A program made the translations under genes and the position numbers. A stretch of 64,000 nt of DNA from Scyliorhinus canicula (lineage: Eukaryota), in contig NC_052147.1 in NCBI RefSeq assembly GCF_902713615.1, positions 65,077,097 through 65,141,096 on the forward strand, read 5' to 3'. Under the pieces are notes generated by a model. It searched no databases, was not told the origin of the DNA, and worked only from the letters and a program-made list of their open reading frames with translations. Shown here in pieces: positions 1 to 12,245 of this stretch; within the stretch, counting starts at the first letter, position 1, and every line of letters starts with the position of its first letter.

Positions 1-1224
1 GCAATAGTTTAACCGAATTCCTCCCCCTATGGGAAGCTCGTGGTTTTGTGTCCGCCGACGTAAAACCACTACCCTCAGCCCCATTACGGAAACATCTCCT
101 TAAAGAAGCCGCCGGCCGCACATAGGGCAAGTGAAAAGTCATCACCGCCCCTCCCCACGCGGTAACTGCAAGGCTGACGCCTCAGCTAAATCTGGAGATT
201 ATATCGCAGATCTACCCAATCCCAGGCCGCAGACAAACCCCTGAAACAGATTTTAAATGGCACCAACTCAGCACCTTGTGATAAATGGAAGGACACACTC
301 GCTATCCAGGATGGCATAGTTTTAAAGGCAGGAGTTTATGTGGTCCCCACCCAGGACAGAAATCAGCTAATATACCAGTTCCATGATGGACAGGGACATC
401 AGAGAATAGACACTACCATTGCCCATTTAAAAACTTTGTGCTGCTGGCCTGAATTGAAGAGCGACGTCACCCATTATGTTGAGAATTGCCTCATTTGCGC
501 CCAAAACAATCCCGATCGTTATGCAAAGAAGGGACTATTAGGGCACACCCGACCTGTAGAGGGCCCTGGACGAATCTGCAAATCGATTAAATTGGTCCCC
601 CCCCCGCTTTTCCTGCAGAAATGTTTTCAAATATGTCCTGGTCATCATCGACACCTTTACTAAATGGGGCAAAGCCTTTCCCACCTGTTCCAACACAGCA
701 AAAGCTACAGCTAAAATTCTGACCCACCAAATATTCACGCGCTGGAGTCTTCCACGTAGCATTGAGTCAGACCAAGGCACCCACTTCACCGGCAGGGTAA
801 TGCAAAACGTAATGGCAAGGTCACTGTCTGTGCGGAGTCTGCACGTCCTCCCCGTGTGTGCGTGGGTTTCCTCCGGGTGCTCCGGTTTCCTCCCACAGTC
901 CAAAGATGTGCGGGTTAGGTGGATTGGCCATGCTAAATTGCCCGTAGTGTCCTAAAAAGTAAGGTTGGGGGGGGTTGTTGGGTTACGGGTATAGGTTGGA
1001 TACGTGGGTTTGAGTAGGGTGATCATTGCTCGGCACAACATCGAGGGCCGAAGGGCCTGTTCTGTGCTGTTCTATGTTCTATTTGGAATTAAACAAAATG
1101 TTTTCATATACCGTACCACCCCCAATTCAGTGGCATCATCGAGCACATGAATCGCACTTTAAAATCAATTATTAGGAAAACGGTGCAGAAAACAACACCA
1201 CTTGGGACATAGTACTTCCCTTCG

Positions 1225-1257
<33 letters not shown>

Positions 1258-1620
1258 TTCATTGGGAACACGATTTCCAGCTCAATTGAGTATTTACTAG
1301 GACTTGATTTGCCCAATCTTGCAGTAACCACCCTCACCCACGAAAAAGCAGTGTAACAGGTCACAGAGAACATTCAAGCGGCACAACTGGCTGCGGCCGT
1401 CCAACTAGGCGCTAGGAAAAGGCAGAGTAAAGCCTACTTTAACAAAAAGATCCACCCCATAGAATACACAGTCGGCCAGCAAGTTATGATCTTGTTGTAC
1501 AACTCAAGCTCCTTACTATCCCCTAAATTTGCAGGCCCCCTTTGTCACTTCAGACAAAGTAAGCCCCCTGTTTACAAAATAGTGTACCCCAACAGCAAGA
1601 CTGGTCAATCAACCCAAAAT
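1..1620 (+). mobile_element. Decayed endogenous retrovirus / LTR retroelement pol (RNase H end + integrase), frameshifted and interrupted by a SINE
   Basis: Translated pieces: RNase H-like LPLWEARGFVSAD..KP and KVKSHH..GNCKADASA; integrase zinc finger H..GH..(x)..CLIC (ORF 340-663); core SDQGTHFTG; GPY/F-like PKFAGP near 1520. Confidence 0.85.
818..1081 (+). mobile_element. HE1-type V-SINE, 5'-truncated, inserted in the integrase
   Basis: V-domain GGGTTTCCTCCGGGTGCTCCGGTTTCCTCCCACAGTCCAAAGA and CR1/HER1-like tail GGGCCGAAGGGCCTGT..(TTCTATG)n. Confidence 0.9.
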
Positions 1621-1858
1621 GTACGGAGCCCAATGTAATCACACCCACCACGTCAACTTGGCCATGGGAGAGGATGATCCCCCACCCACTGACCAACCAC
1701 TCTCCCCTCATGATGATACCCTTCCCTTAGCCCTGTCCACACAGGCTGCCTTCACACTTGAACTTGACTCAGATGATGACCTCCTTGACCTTAACACTAA
1801 TCCTGACGACTTGCTTGATCTTTCTGAAGACAGTGACCCCCGCAATGTTCGTGATCCC

Positions 1859-2155
1859 TGATGGAACCATCAATTCACCAGACACGTGTTTCCGATATGA
1901 ATCTAGGCTTTAATCGACTTACTTCAGAGCCAGCCTGTTACCCGTTGATGAACTCTTAGTGAACTCAGGCTGACTCTGGACAAGGGTATTTATACAGCTG
2001 CACTAGGGGGAGGAGACATGGGCGGAGCCAAGGGTGGAGACCTGTACATGTTCCTGAGTACTCCCAGAGCTACTCCCACTAGTGGTCGGATAGCGCTACT
2101 GCGCTTACAACAACAGTGTGAATTATATATACATATATATATTACTTCCACCACA
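1859..2155 (-). mobile_element. Solo LTR (297 bp) nested in the ERV
   Basis: TG...CA ends with 5-bp TSD ATCCC at 1854-1858 and 2156-2160; TATAAATA and ATTAAA on the minus strand. Confidence 0.75.
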
Positions 2156-2544
2156 ATCCCCTACAGGACACTGATCCACCCGACCCACTTGAGACAAATC
2201 CCCACACCAACGACTTGCTTCATTTAGGCCCCATGCCTGCCTGGCGCCCACCATCGATTTATTCACATTCTCCTAGCAACATCGATTCCACCTCCGTGAC
2301 CAAAGACCACGACTACCCTCCACCAATCGACAACCCCAACTCGCCACTATGGCACTGTGACCCTACCCGCAGACTAGTGCGCAATGACGGAACAGACAAT
2401 TCACAGACCTACGCAGCACGCCTACGGTCATGAACCTACAGACGCGAGTTTGGTGACCAGGAGAGGTGGATGATTCAAGGGTGAATCCCTTTTGGGGAAT
2501 TTAACAGAACAGCTGAGGCATGCACTGTTCTGAGCAGATATAAG

Positions 2545-3191
2545 GGGCGCGGTTATCTGCCCCCCACGCCGGGTGGGAGAATAATTTAAGGGTGTCGAGG
2601 GCCTCCCGACATTTTTCACGCACTCCCTCTATTCTCCCCCCCCACGCCCGACCCACGCCACGAATCGCCACACGCCGTTTTTTACGGCGAGCGGTGATTC
2701 TCCGAAGCCGATGGGCCGAGCGGCGGGGCCTTCACGCCCGTTTCAACACGGCAGCAAACACACCTGCTTGCTGCCGTCGTGAAACGGGCGGCAGATGCCC
2801 GATTGGCACGGGAGCACCACGACTGTGCTCGGGAGGGGACAGCGTCCAAAAAAGACGCACTTTCCCCTCCGCCACCCGGCAAGATCAAGCCACCACGTCT
2901 TGCCGGGCGGCGGAGGAGAAAGACGCCAACTGCGCGTGCGCGGGTTGGTGTTGACCAACCTGCGCATGCGCGGCTGACGTCATCGGCCGCGTCAGCCGCC
3001 GTGACGCTTGACGTGCGGCCTTGACGACTGTTGCCAAGGTGCGCCGCCGTGACGCACGGGGCCGCACTCCTATCCCTGCCCGGGGGGGGGGGGGAAGAAT
3101 CGCCCTGGAAATGGCCGTGAAGGCTGCCGTGGGTCACGGCCTGTCCCACGGCAGCCTTTACGATTCCCCGCATTTGCGGAGAATCTCGCCC
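2545..3191. mobile_element. GC-rich non-autonomous DNA transposon (PIF/Harbinger-like MITE), copy 1
   Basis: Ends GGGCGCGG.. and ..GGAGAATCTCGCCC; 3-bp TSD AAG (2542-2544, 3192-3194); homologous to 24314-24971 and 41567-42300. Confidence 0.75.
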
Positions 3192-5183
3192 AAGGTATCT
3201 ACATGATGACAAGCGGACACCTACTAAGAATTAAGGTGTCCAATTTCTGATCGAGCGTGCCCGCTTTCTTCTTGTTCCGCAACCTATCTTTCCTTTTCAA
3301 CCCCTGGTTTTAATTCATGTCGGCTCGACACATGCATCAAACTCATATGTATACCGCAAAATTCACGCTCAGTTGTACTCCTACGTCGGCAAGACGCCAA
3401 ATCGAACTCCTACAAGAGGATTGCCAAATTAATGGTTCAGTATGGCTCATACATCGGCGACATGCCGAATTGAATTCATGCAAGTACACCGCAGAATTCA
3501 CGGTTCAATACGGGACACCCAAATTGAATTCATAACAATACACTGCAGAATTGCCACCCGCAATGTAGTACACCACCAAATTGACTTTCTGCACGGAATT
3601 CCCCCTCATGGACATACACTCTTCCAGTTCTTCATGGTCACTCAGGTAGGGAGACATGGCACTGATCCCCGCCCTGCCTGAGAACTCCATGACTGGTCAA
3701 GTAAAGCTCGGGTAGTGGAAAAATGGCATTTCCCTGCCCTGCCCGGGGATCCCATACATTCGTCACCCGTCGCGGCCCATACGCACCTCATGGCATCTCC
3801 AAACTCTTTGGAATGGTTTTCAGCACACTACCTTGACCTGGGCAGGTCTTTATCTTTGTTTCAACCCTAACTCTCTTCCTTCAGGTTGGTTGTGGATAAG
3901 GAATGTATTTCCACAACACCTCACACTCTGAACCCTTATCTCTTCAACTCTTTTTTTTTTCTAGACCCCTTTGGGCCATCCCCACATGCTATTTACACTT
4001 AGACACACAACGGTTGTTGATCACTGCTGCTACACACTGAATTCCTCTGTTTTCCTGGTACGAAATTTTATAAAACTGGCCGCCCTAAAATTCAGCTGTT
4101 TTAGCTGGAGCCTCAACCACCCTTGGGCGTGAATAAGATGGAGACTGGTCGGAGAAATTGTCCGCCCACTCCACGCATCGGCTAGACAGGCTGAGAGAAC
4201 ACACATACTTGATTTTCAGCACTTTCCTTTAAATTTCTGGTCTCTCTCCTCAACTTATTTAAAACAAAAAATGGGGGAGTCTCACATGGTGACACTCAAT
4301 TGCAATGGGTAATTGGAACAAGGGAAAGAGAGAGAGATAAATGCAGATGTTAAACAAGGGTAATAACACGATACTATGCTTGATTACACGGGCAACAGAC
4401 AAAACTACAGGATGAATCCAGGAAGACTCCTCCTTGTCAACATCATGATCGGAACCACTGGACTCAACTTACAGGATTACCTAAATGTACAAGACAATGT
4501 AAAACCGTTACCGTAACACTCAGGGTACCTATGGTTTGCACCACATGGTGCAGGGAAATGGGAGGACGGCACTTTATGGATAAACCCTGACATAAGCATC
4601 CTAATTGGCTGTAATAATCAAAGAGCACTGCACAAAAGACCCAACAGGACCACATCTGTATGCTACATCAGCACAGCAGGAAAAGGGGATTGGTGGGGAC
4701 TTATTAACGAAGGGTATCCTGAAATTGGATGTTTAAAGAGAAGCCCAGGGAAAGGATTGGGAATCTGACAAAATTGCCCCGGGATGCTCACTAAAGGTAA
4801 CTTGGTCTTGGACAGAATTAGGATAGGACATAAGCCAGCCCCAAACACTACCACCCGATGAACCAAAACCACCAACAGTCAGGATACCACCTAACTGTTA
4901 GAAAACGACACCAAAACCCCCACCTGGTGGGAAGACATTGCAAATTAGAATCCCCTCTCCTACATAGTCGAGGCCCTCCTTCGGAGTACGGTAATATATA
5001 TTGTCATCCTCACACTCCAGCTCTGCAAATGGTAGGCAAAAGCCTCCCACCCACAGATATGCACGGTCCCCTTTTTGGAATTCAATAAGAAGGTACCCTG
5101 AGAATATATATATCTCATGAACGAATGCGTGACTGAATGTAAACAACCGCTCCTGAAATAAACCTTTGTGCCTTTATGTTACT

Positions 5184-6273
5184 GTTAAGGTAGGTAGAAT
5201 GAAATAGGATGCTGCTGGTTTAAAAATGTGTTGTGAATAAGTTCTTTAAATGTATGAGCAAGCAGCATGAGAGTAGATTAGCTTAGAAACAAACTGTCTG
5301 TAAATTAATTTAATTCAAGATGAAACTTTTAGGTAGTAATGATTTAACTTTGATGAATGTATGTAATAATGAATTAGTTAGGTAAAACTGTGCAATGCAT
5401 TTAGGATAGAGGAGAGTAGGACCCAAATTGACCGACAGGTGACTGGGGAAAGTAGGGCAGATATGGGCTTGAGTCTGTGATCCACCACACTTCACATTCA
5501 GGATCAAGAGGATGGATATGTGGCCATCTAAAACGGCCGCCCGCAAAGGATAATGGGAATTATGGTCAGGTTGGGACACAGACGGTACACAGCCCCTGTG
5601 TATTGTACAAAGGGAAACAAGACCTAACTGAAACTCACACCTGCTAAAGGTCAATCACCGATTTCCCCAGGACAATGGGACACAGATCGAAACATAGCGA
5701 CAGTAGCAGACTTGGGGATGCCTATTTTTCATATATGGGAGTGCATAGGTGCCTTGGACAATAGCAGCGAGGACCCGCCCAAAACATCAAGCTACCCGCC
5801 CCTAATTTGCCAGAATCGATTAGGGTGATCAAAACCCTATCGATCCATTAACCGCCCAAAAGAGCGCGAAAGATAGGGGGATAAGAAGAACTGCGCAACT
5901 AGTATTCGGTCTCTTTTTGGGACCGGCCTCTGCTGCGACCACTGCAGCATATCGACCAGCCAAGTTCAAGGACCCGTGATCGCTACCTGAAGGACAAGCC
6001 GCAGCAGAGACGAACCTGAAGACTTCCAGCCGATACACGTGAGGATCCAGATAAAGGCCTTATCTAACCCGCACAGAGCCGGTCATTTGGAAGTTAAGTA
6101 AAGGTCATTTTAGTTGTTCGGTGTAGTTTAATAAGCTGCGTGTAAATGATTACGCATAGAGCCAAGCCTGTGTTTAATAATAAATTATAGTTAAACTAAC
6201 ATACTGGTTGTGTGGTCATTTGTCCAATACAAGAAACGTACTCGCGTCTTGTGGTTCAGTTACAAGAGCAACA
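5184..6273 (+). mobile_element. Probable LTR (3' LTR of the ERV or a solo LTR)
   Basis: TGTT...AACA ends, AATAAA near 6180, sharp switch to L2 sequence after 6273; no TSD found. Confidence 0.4.
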
Positions 6274-6283
6274 ATGATAACCA

Positions 6284-6990
6284 ATGTGACTGTGACAAAT
6301 CTAAACTTCCTCTTCTCATCCTTCTTGACTGGCCAGAAACCTTTGACCTGGTTGACCACATCATCCTCCATCAACACCTCTCCACCCTCATCCAGCTGGG
6401 TGGGACTGCACTCACCTGGTTCCATTCTCATTTAGCTGATTGTAGCCAGACATCACGTGCAATGACTTCTCTTCCTACTCCCGTGCTGTTAGCTCTGGTA
6501 TCTGTCCCCCAAGAATCTAGTCTGGGCCACCTCCTATTTCTTATCAACCAGCTGCCCCTCTGTGTCTTCAACCAAATGCACAGTGTTATTTCTCATATGT
6601 GCACTGACCACATCCAGCTCGACCTTGCCACCACCTCTCTCCATTCCTCCAATGTTGCTAAATTATCAAACTGCTTATCCAACATCCAGTCCTGGACCAA
6701 CAGTAGTTTCCTCAAATTAAATATTGGGGAAATTGAAACAGTTTCCACTCCCTACTTCAAGCTCTATTCCCTAATTACCTATTCGATCCCCTCGCCCAGG
6801 CAACATTCTTAGGTTAACATTCTTAATCTTGGTGTCGCATTGACCTTGGGGATAAGCTTCCAACTTTTTATTCATGCCATTGCTAAGACCGCTTATGTGC
6901 ACCTCCAAATTATCGCCCAACTTCGCTTGACTCAGCTCCTGAAGAAACCCTCTTGCATGCTCTTGTTATCTCTAGACTCAACTACTCCGT
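6284..6990 (+). mobile_element. Decayed L2-clade LINE RT fragment
   Basis: ORF 6210-6812 contains LLILLD..TFDLVDH, VPQESSLGHLLF, a degenerate YADD (CTDHIQL) and FLKLNIG. Confidence 0.8.
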
Positions 6991-8248
6991 CTTTCCATCC
7001 AGATTAACTCTCTCAGAACTGGTATCAATCTGGTTAACCTTTTCTTGCACTTTCTCCAGCCCTTGATTTTGCATTAGGATTGACAGCAAAATTGTCAGCA
7101 TCACCATCATTTACTCCTCTGAAAACGGGAAACACAGTCTGGAGTCCAGACATGTTCAGTTCGATGCTGAAATCCAGAGGTTGCTCTGTGATTTTATGAT
7201 TCTTCATGGGGTATGTTTTTGATGAAAAACCCAGACTGCAATCAGTTAGAAACCATTGAACCAATAAGAACTTGCCCTTTTTACATGGTTAGTCTCGCTG
7301 TAAAAATCCTTGGAAAAATGTACATCCTGTTGGAATAATGTGTAACAACTGTGGTGTTTAATGGCCGCTAAATCTGTAGTCACCGCTGAACAATTTTCCT
7401 GACCACAGAAACTCATCTGTGGAACATCAAATGTCTCCATTATAATTAAAATAAAAACTACTTTAGCTTCAACCATAATGTCATGTGTAGGCACCAATTA
7501 TTTATTTTCACCCTGTAAAATTTTAATTTAAAAGTGAAAGATATCAATGTACTTTATTTCCTGGTTTGCTATCCATTAGGTACTTCAATGTGATTGGCTG
7601 TTTATCTTGTTCATGGACGCATGGAGATCCCCTTAAATCTGGTGCAGATTAATTTACTTTGAGAGAGAAAGTTCAGGCCACAGATTACTAAATCTTTGTG
7701 AGCAGCTTTCTTTGAGATCAGTGATTAGTGCTGTTGCTTTGTTATTGCATGCGAGATCCTGTCCTATATCTTTGCACTATGAATGGCAGAATTGTGCACA
7801 ATAATCTTTAAATATGGTCTAATTAGGCTGCTATGAAGTTTTAACATAACCTCCTACTTTTCAATTCTCCCCTCTGGACCTGAACTTTATGCTTCCGATG
7901 TCTTTTAATGGCCTTATGAACCATGTTGTCACTTTTGGTGAATTGTGTATCTGTATTTCTCAATCCTGTTCCTCTGCCCTATTTAGATTCTTATTTTCCA
8001 AGCAGCGTGTGGTTTCCGTATTCTTTCTACCAAAATGCACCCTCTCACACTGGCCTATATTGAAATACATTGGCAACTACATGTCCATTCTACAGCTTTA
8101 TATTGTCGTCTTGTACTTAGTCACTGTGCTCCTCAGTATACCCCCAATTTACTGCCACTGCAAATTTTGAAATGGTACTCCCACGTCCTGTGTCAAAAGC
8201 ATTCATGTAGATTATGAACAACAGTGGTCACACCACAGAGACCTATCT

Positions 8249-8488
8249 TTTTTTTTTTTCTTTTTTTTTTAAATTAGATTAGCCAATGATTTTTTCTAAT
8301 TAAGGGGCAATTTAGCGTGGCCAATTCACCTACTCTGCACATTTTTGGGTTGTGGGGGCGAAACCCACGCAGGACACGGGGAGAATGTGCAAACTCCACA
8401 ACGGACAGTGACCCAGAGCCGGGATCGAACCTGGGACCTCAGCGCCGTGAGGCGGTTGTGCTAGCCACTAGGCCACCGTGCTGCCCTG
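8249..8488 (-). mobile_element. V-SINE with poly(A) tail
   Basis: tRNA-like head on the minus strand, poly-T on plus, flanking duplication AGACCTATC(TTTT). Confidence 0.8.
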
Positions 8489-8555
8489 CCACAGACCTAT
8501 CTTTTGCTGATCTGAGCACTCTGTTTCTCTTCTGGAGCCAGCTTGCTGTCCTTTC

Positions 8556-9110
8556 TGCTGCATCTGACACCACCTGTTCTGACCTTCGGAATTTAGTCTG
8601 CCATGCTGCATCTGACACCACCTGTTCGATCTTCGTAGTTTAGTCTGCCATGCTGCATCTGACACCACCTGCCATGCTGCATCTGACACCACCTGCCATG
8701 CTGCATCTGACACCACCTGCCATGCTGCATCTGACACCACCTGCCATGCTGCATCTGACACCACCTGCCATGCTGCATCTGACACCACCTGCCATGCTGC
8801 ATCTGACACCACCTGCCATGCTGCATCTGACACACCTGCCATGCTGCATCTGACACCACCTGCCATGCTGCATCTGACACCACCTGCCATGCTGCATCTG
8901 ACACCACCTGCCATGCTGCATCTGACACCACCTGCCATGCTGCATCTGACACCACCTGCCATGCGCATCTGACACCACCTGCCATGCTGTATCTGACACC
9001 ACCTGCCATGCTGCATCTGACACCACCTGCCATGCTGCATCTGACACCACCTGCCATGCTGCATCTGACACCACCTGCCATGCTGCATCTGACACCACCT
9101 GTTCTGACCT
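8556..9110. repeat. 24-bp minisatellite (CTGCCATGCTGCATCTGACACCAC)n, about 19-20 copies with degenerate flanking units
   Basis: Direct tandem repeats; periodic ORFs MLHLTPPA and VSDAAWQV. Confidence 0.95.
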
Positions 9111-9564
9111 TAGTCATTTAGTCTACCATGCCATACCTTGGCGAATGCTTTTGAAAGATGAGTGTGAACTGCTGACATGGAGATGGATAGAGACGAATAT
9201 GAACGGCAGTGGCTTCACAGTGAGATCAGAAAATACACCAGGGGTAGTGCAACGTTTGGAGAGTAAGGCTATTGTCGATAAAGTTTGGATCATTTACATT
9301 GAAAGTTATCTTGTATCTATGTTCCCTCAGTCCCTGAATTTTGTCAATCTACCTAAACCATCCATTTTACAACTTTAAAACTTACATTGTGGGCGCATCA
9401 TTGCTCAATCTATTTAAGGATTTTTTTTTTTGTATTTTGATTTTCTTGTATCAAAATCCCAAATAATCTGTGATCTTCCCCCACCCCCTCTAAAGCCCCT
9501 ATCTTTTTCTACAATTGTGAAACCCTTACACTAACTGAGGTCTTAACGGTTCTTTATGTGGGCT

Positions 9565-9927
9565 TGTCTGATAGAGGCCTACAAGATTATGAGGGGCATG
9601 GATAGAGTGGATGAGCAGGCACTCTTTCCCAGGGTGGAGGGGTCAGTCACAAGGGTGCATAGGTTTAAGGTCCATGGGGAGACGTGCGAGTCAGATTTTT
9701 TTTACACAAGAGGGTGGTGAGTGCCTGGAACGCGATGCCGAGGAAGGCTGTGGGAGCAGATACATTAATGGCGTTCAAAAGGCATCTCAACAAATACATG
9801 GATAGGATGGGTATGGAGAGATAAGGCGCTAGAAAGTGATGAGGGTTTTGGCCAAGGGTGGTATCATGACAGGTACAGGCTTGGAGGGCCAAAGGAAGGG
9901 CTTGTTCCTGCGCTGTTTTGTTCTTTG
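9565..9927 (+). mobile_element. CR1/HER1 LINE 3' fragment
   Basis: LIEAYKIMRGMDRVD..LFP C-terminus and the typical 3' tail. Confidence 0.85.
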
Positions 9928-9944
9928 TCTGTTGGGATTAAACC

Positions 9945-12065
9945 AAATTCTTCCACAGACCCCAAGAGGCCGACAGCGAACCCAGGGACACGACCAATGA
10001 ACCGGAACAGCAGACCGCGAGATCTGCAGTGCAGCAACCGAAAAGGAAAGAGTCAAATTGGACCCCTCCGGAAGGCCGCTGCCCTAGACTCGACATGTAT
10101 GCTCAAGCCGTCAGAAGTCGTGTCAATGCCAGATTCATCACTCGCAATCACAAGGCAGCCTCAAACGTCACCCAAGCACAACGCAACGCCATCCGCACTC
10201 TCAAGACCAACCGCAACATCGTCATCAAACCAGCAGACAAAGGAGGGGCCACCGTCATACTGAACAGAACAGACTACTGCAAAGAAGTATACCGACAACT
10301 CGACAACCAGGAACACTACAGGCAGTTACCCGCAGATCCAACCAAGGAACACATCCGCCAACTCAGCAGACTGATCAAGACCTTAGATCCAGACCTTCAG
10401 AACACCCTACGTGCTCTCATCCCACGTAATCCCCGCATTGGAGATCTCTACTGCCTCCCGAAAATACACAAGGCCAACACACCAGGCCGTCCTATCGTTT
10501 CAGGCAATGGGACCCTGTGTGAGAACCTCTCTGGCCACATCGAGGGCATCTTGAAACCCATCGTACAAGGTACACCCAGCTTCTGTCGCGACACGACGGA
10601 CTTCCTACAGAAACTCAGCACCCATGGACCAGTTGAACCAGGAACATTCCTCGTCACAATGGATGTCTCGGCACTCTACACCAGCATCCCCCATGACGAC
10701 GGCATTGCTGCAACAGCCTCAGTCCTCAACACCGACAACTGCCAATCTCCAGACGCAATTCTGCAACTCATCCGTTTCATTCTAGACCACAACGTCTTCA
10801 CCTTCGACAACAAATTCTTCATCCAGACGCACGGAACAGCCATGGGGACCAAATTTGCACCTCAATATGCCAACATCTTCATGCACAAGTTTGAACAGGA
10901 CTTCCTCACCACACAGGACTTTCAACCGATGCTATACACCAGATACATCGATGACATTTTTTTCCTTTGGACCCACGGCGAGACATCACTGAAACGACTA
11001 CACGATGACATCAATAAGTTCCATCCCACCATCAAACTCACCATGGACTATTCTCCAAATTCAGTTCCATTCTTGGACACACTCGTCTCCATCAAGGACG
11101 GTCACCTCAGCACCTCGCTTTACCGCAAGCCCACAGATAATCTCACGATGCTCCACTTCTCCAGCTTTCACCCGAAACACATTAAAGAAGCCATCCCCTA
11201 TGGACAAGCCCTCCGTATACACAGGATCTGCTCAGACAAGGAGGAGCGCAACAGACACCTACAGATGCTGAAAGATGCCCTCGTACGAACGGGATATGGC
11301 GCTCGACTCATTGATCGACAGTTCCACCGCGCCACAGCAAAAAACCGCACCGACCTCCTCAGAAGACAAACACGGGACACCACTGACAGAGTACCCTTCG
11401 TCGTCCAGTACTTTCCTGGGGCGGAGAAACTACGACATCTTCTTCGCAGCCTCCAACACATCATCAGCGAGGATGGACATCTTGCCAAGGTCATCCCCAC
11501 ACCCCCACTACTGGCCTTCAAACAACCGCGCAACCTCAAACAAACCATTGTTTGCAGCAAATTACCCAGCCTTCAGAACAGCAACCACAACACCACAAAA
11601 CCCTGCCAGGGTAATCTCTGCAAGACATGCCAGATCATCGACATGGACACCACCATTACACGTGGAAACACCACCCACCAGGTACGCGGCGCATACTCGT
11701 GCGACTCGACCAATGTAGTCTACCTCATACGCTGCAGGAAAGGATGTCCCGAAGCGTGGTACATTGGCGAGACCATGCAGACACTGCGACAACGAATAAA
11801 CGGGCATCGTGCGACTATCAACAGGCAGGACTGTTCCCTTCCAGTTGGGGAACACTTCAGCAGTCAAGGACATTCAGCCTCTGATCTCCGGGTCAGCATT
11901 CTACAAGGAGGCCTTCAGGAGACGCGACAACGCAAAATTGCTGAGCAAAAACTTATAGCTAAGTTCCGCACGCATGAATGCGGACTCAACCGGGATCTGG
12001 GATTCATGTCGCATTATATTCGGCCCCCACCAACAAGCCTGGACTTGCAGAGGCCTACCGACTGA
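9945..12065 (+). CDS. PLE polyprotein: reverse transcriptase + Cys linker + GIY-YIG endonuclease (N-terminus missing)
   Basis: IKPADKGG, LPKIHK, MDVSALYTSI, GTAMG, RYIDDIF, CQGNLCKTC linker, VVYLIRC..WYIGET; no stops or frameshifts. Confidence 0.92.
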   Translation, partial: KFFHRPQEADSEPRDTTNEPEQQTARSAVQQPKRKESNWTPPEGRCPRLDMYAQAVRSRVNARFITRNHKAASNVTQAQRNAIRTLKTNRNIVIKPADKGGATVILNRTDYCKEVYRQLDNQEHYRQLPADPTKEHIRQLSRLIKTLDPDLQNTLRALIPRNPRIGDLYCLPKIHKANTPGRPIVSGNGTLCENLSGHIEGILKPIVQGTPSFCRDTTDFLQKLSTHGPVEPGTFLVTMDVSALYTSIPHDDGIAATASVLNTDNCQSPDAILQLIRFILDHNVFTFDNKFFIQTHGTAMGTKFAPQYANIFMHKFEQDFLTTQDFQPMLYTRYIDDIFFLWTHGETSLKRLHDDINKFHPTIKLTMDYSPNSVPFLDTLVSIKDGHLSTSLYRKPTDNLTMLHFSSFHPKHIKEAIPYGQALRIHRICSDKEERNRHLQMLKDALVRTGYGARLIDRQFHRATAKNRTDLLRRQTRDTTDRVPFVVQYFPGAEKLRHLLRSLQHIISEDGHLAKVIPTPPLLAFKQPRNLKQTIVCSKLPSLQNSNHNTTKPCQGNLCKTCQIIDMDTTITRGNTTHQVRGAYSCDSTNVVYLIRCRKGCPEAWYIGETMQTLRQRINGHRATINRQDCSLPVGEHFSSQGHSASDLRVSILQGGLQETRQRKIAEQKLIAKFRTHECGLNRDLGFMSHYIRPPPTSLDLQRPTD

Positions 12066-12210
12066 ACTGGCTTGGGACAATTCACACCTCCTTAACCTGG
12101 AGTTACCTCTCTCTCTGCATCTTTGATGATTTGATTGCCTGCAGGTGCTCGCATTCCGGGGCATCTCTGACTGTGTCTATATAAACATTTCTGGAACAAG
12201 CCTTTCCATT

Positions 12211-12245
12211 CACCTGAAGAAGGAGCCGTGCTCCGAAAGCTCGTG
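12211..12245 (+). ncRNA. Minimal type I hammerhead ribozyme in the PLE pseudo-LTR
   Basis: CAC-CUGAAGA-A-GGAGC cgu GCUCC-GAAA-GC-UC^GUG: CUGANGA and GAAA cores, 5-bp stem II, palindromic AGCU stem III, CAC/GUG stem I. Confidence 0.8.

Noticed and set aside
1226-1256. Long poly-C/poly-G runs (also about 31187, 35656 and 40752)
   Set aside because: Simple homopolymers of uncertain length with no functional evidence.
8439-9117. Long repetitive ORFs and a possible CRISPR-like array
   Set aside because: Pure 24-bp tandem repeat with no spacers and no cas genes; the ORFs arise because the unit lacks stop codons.
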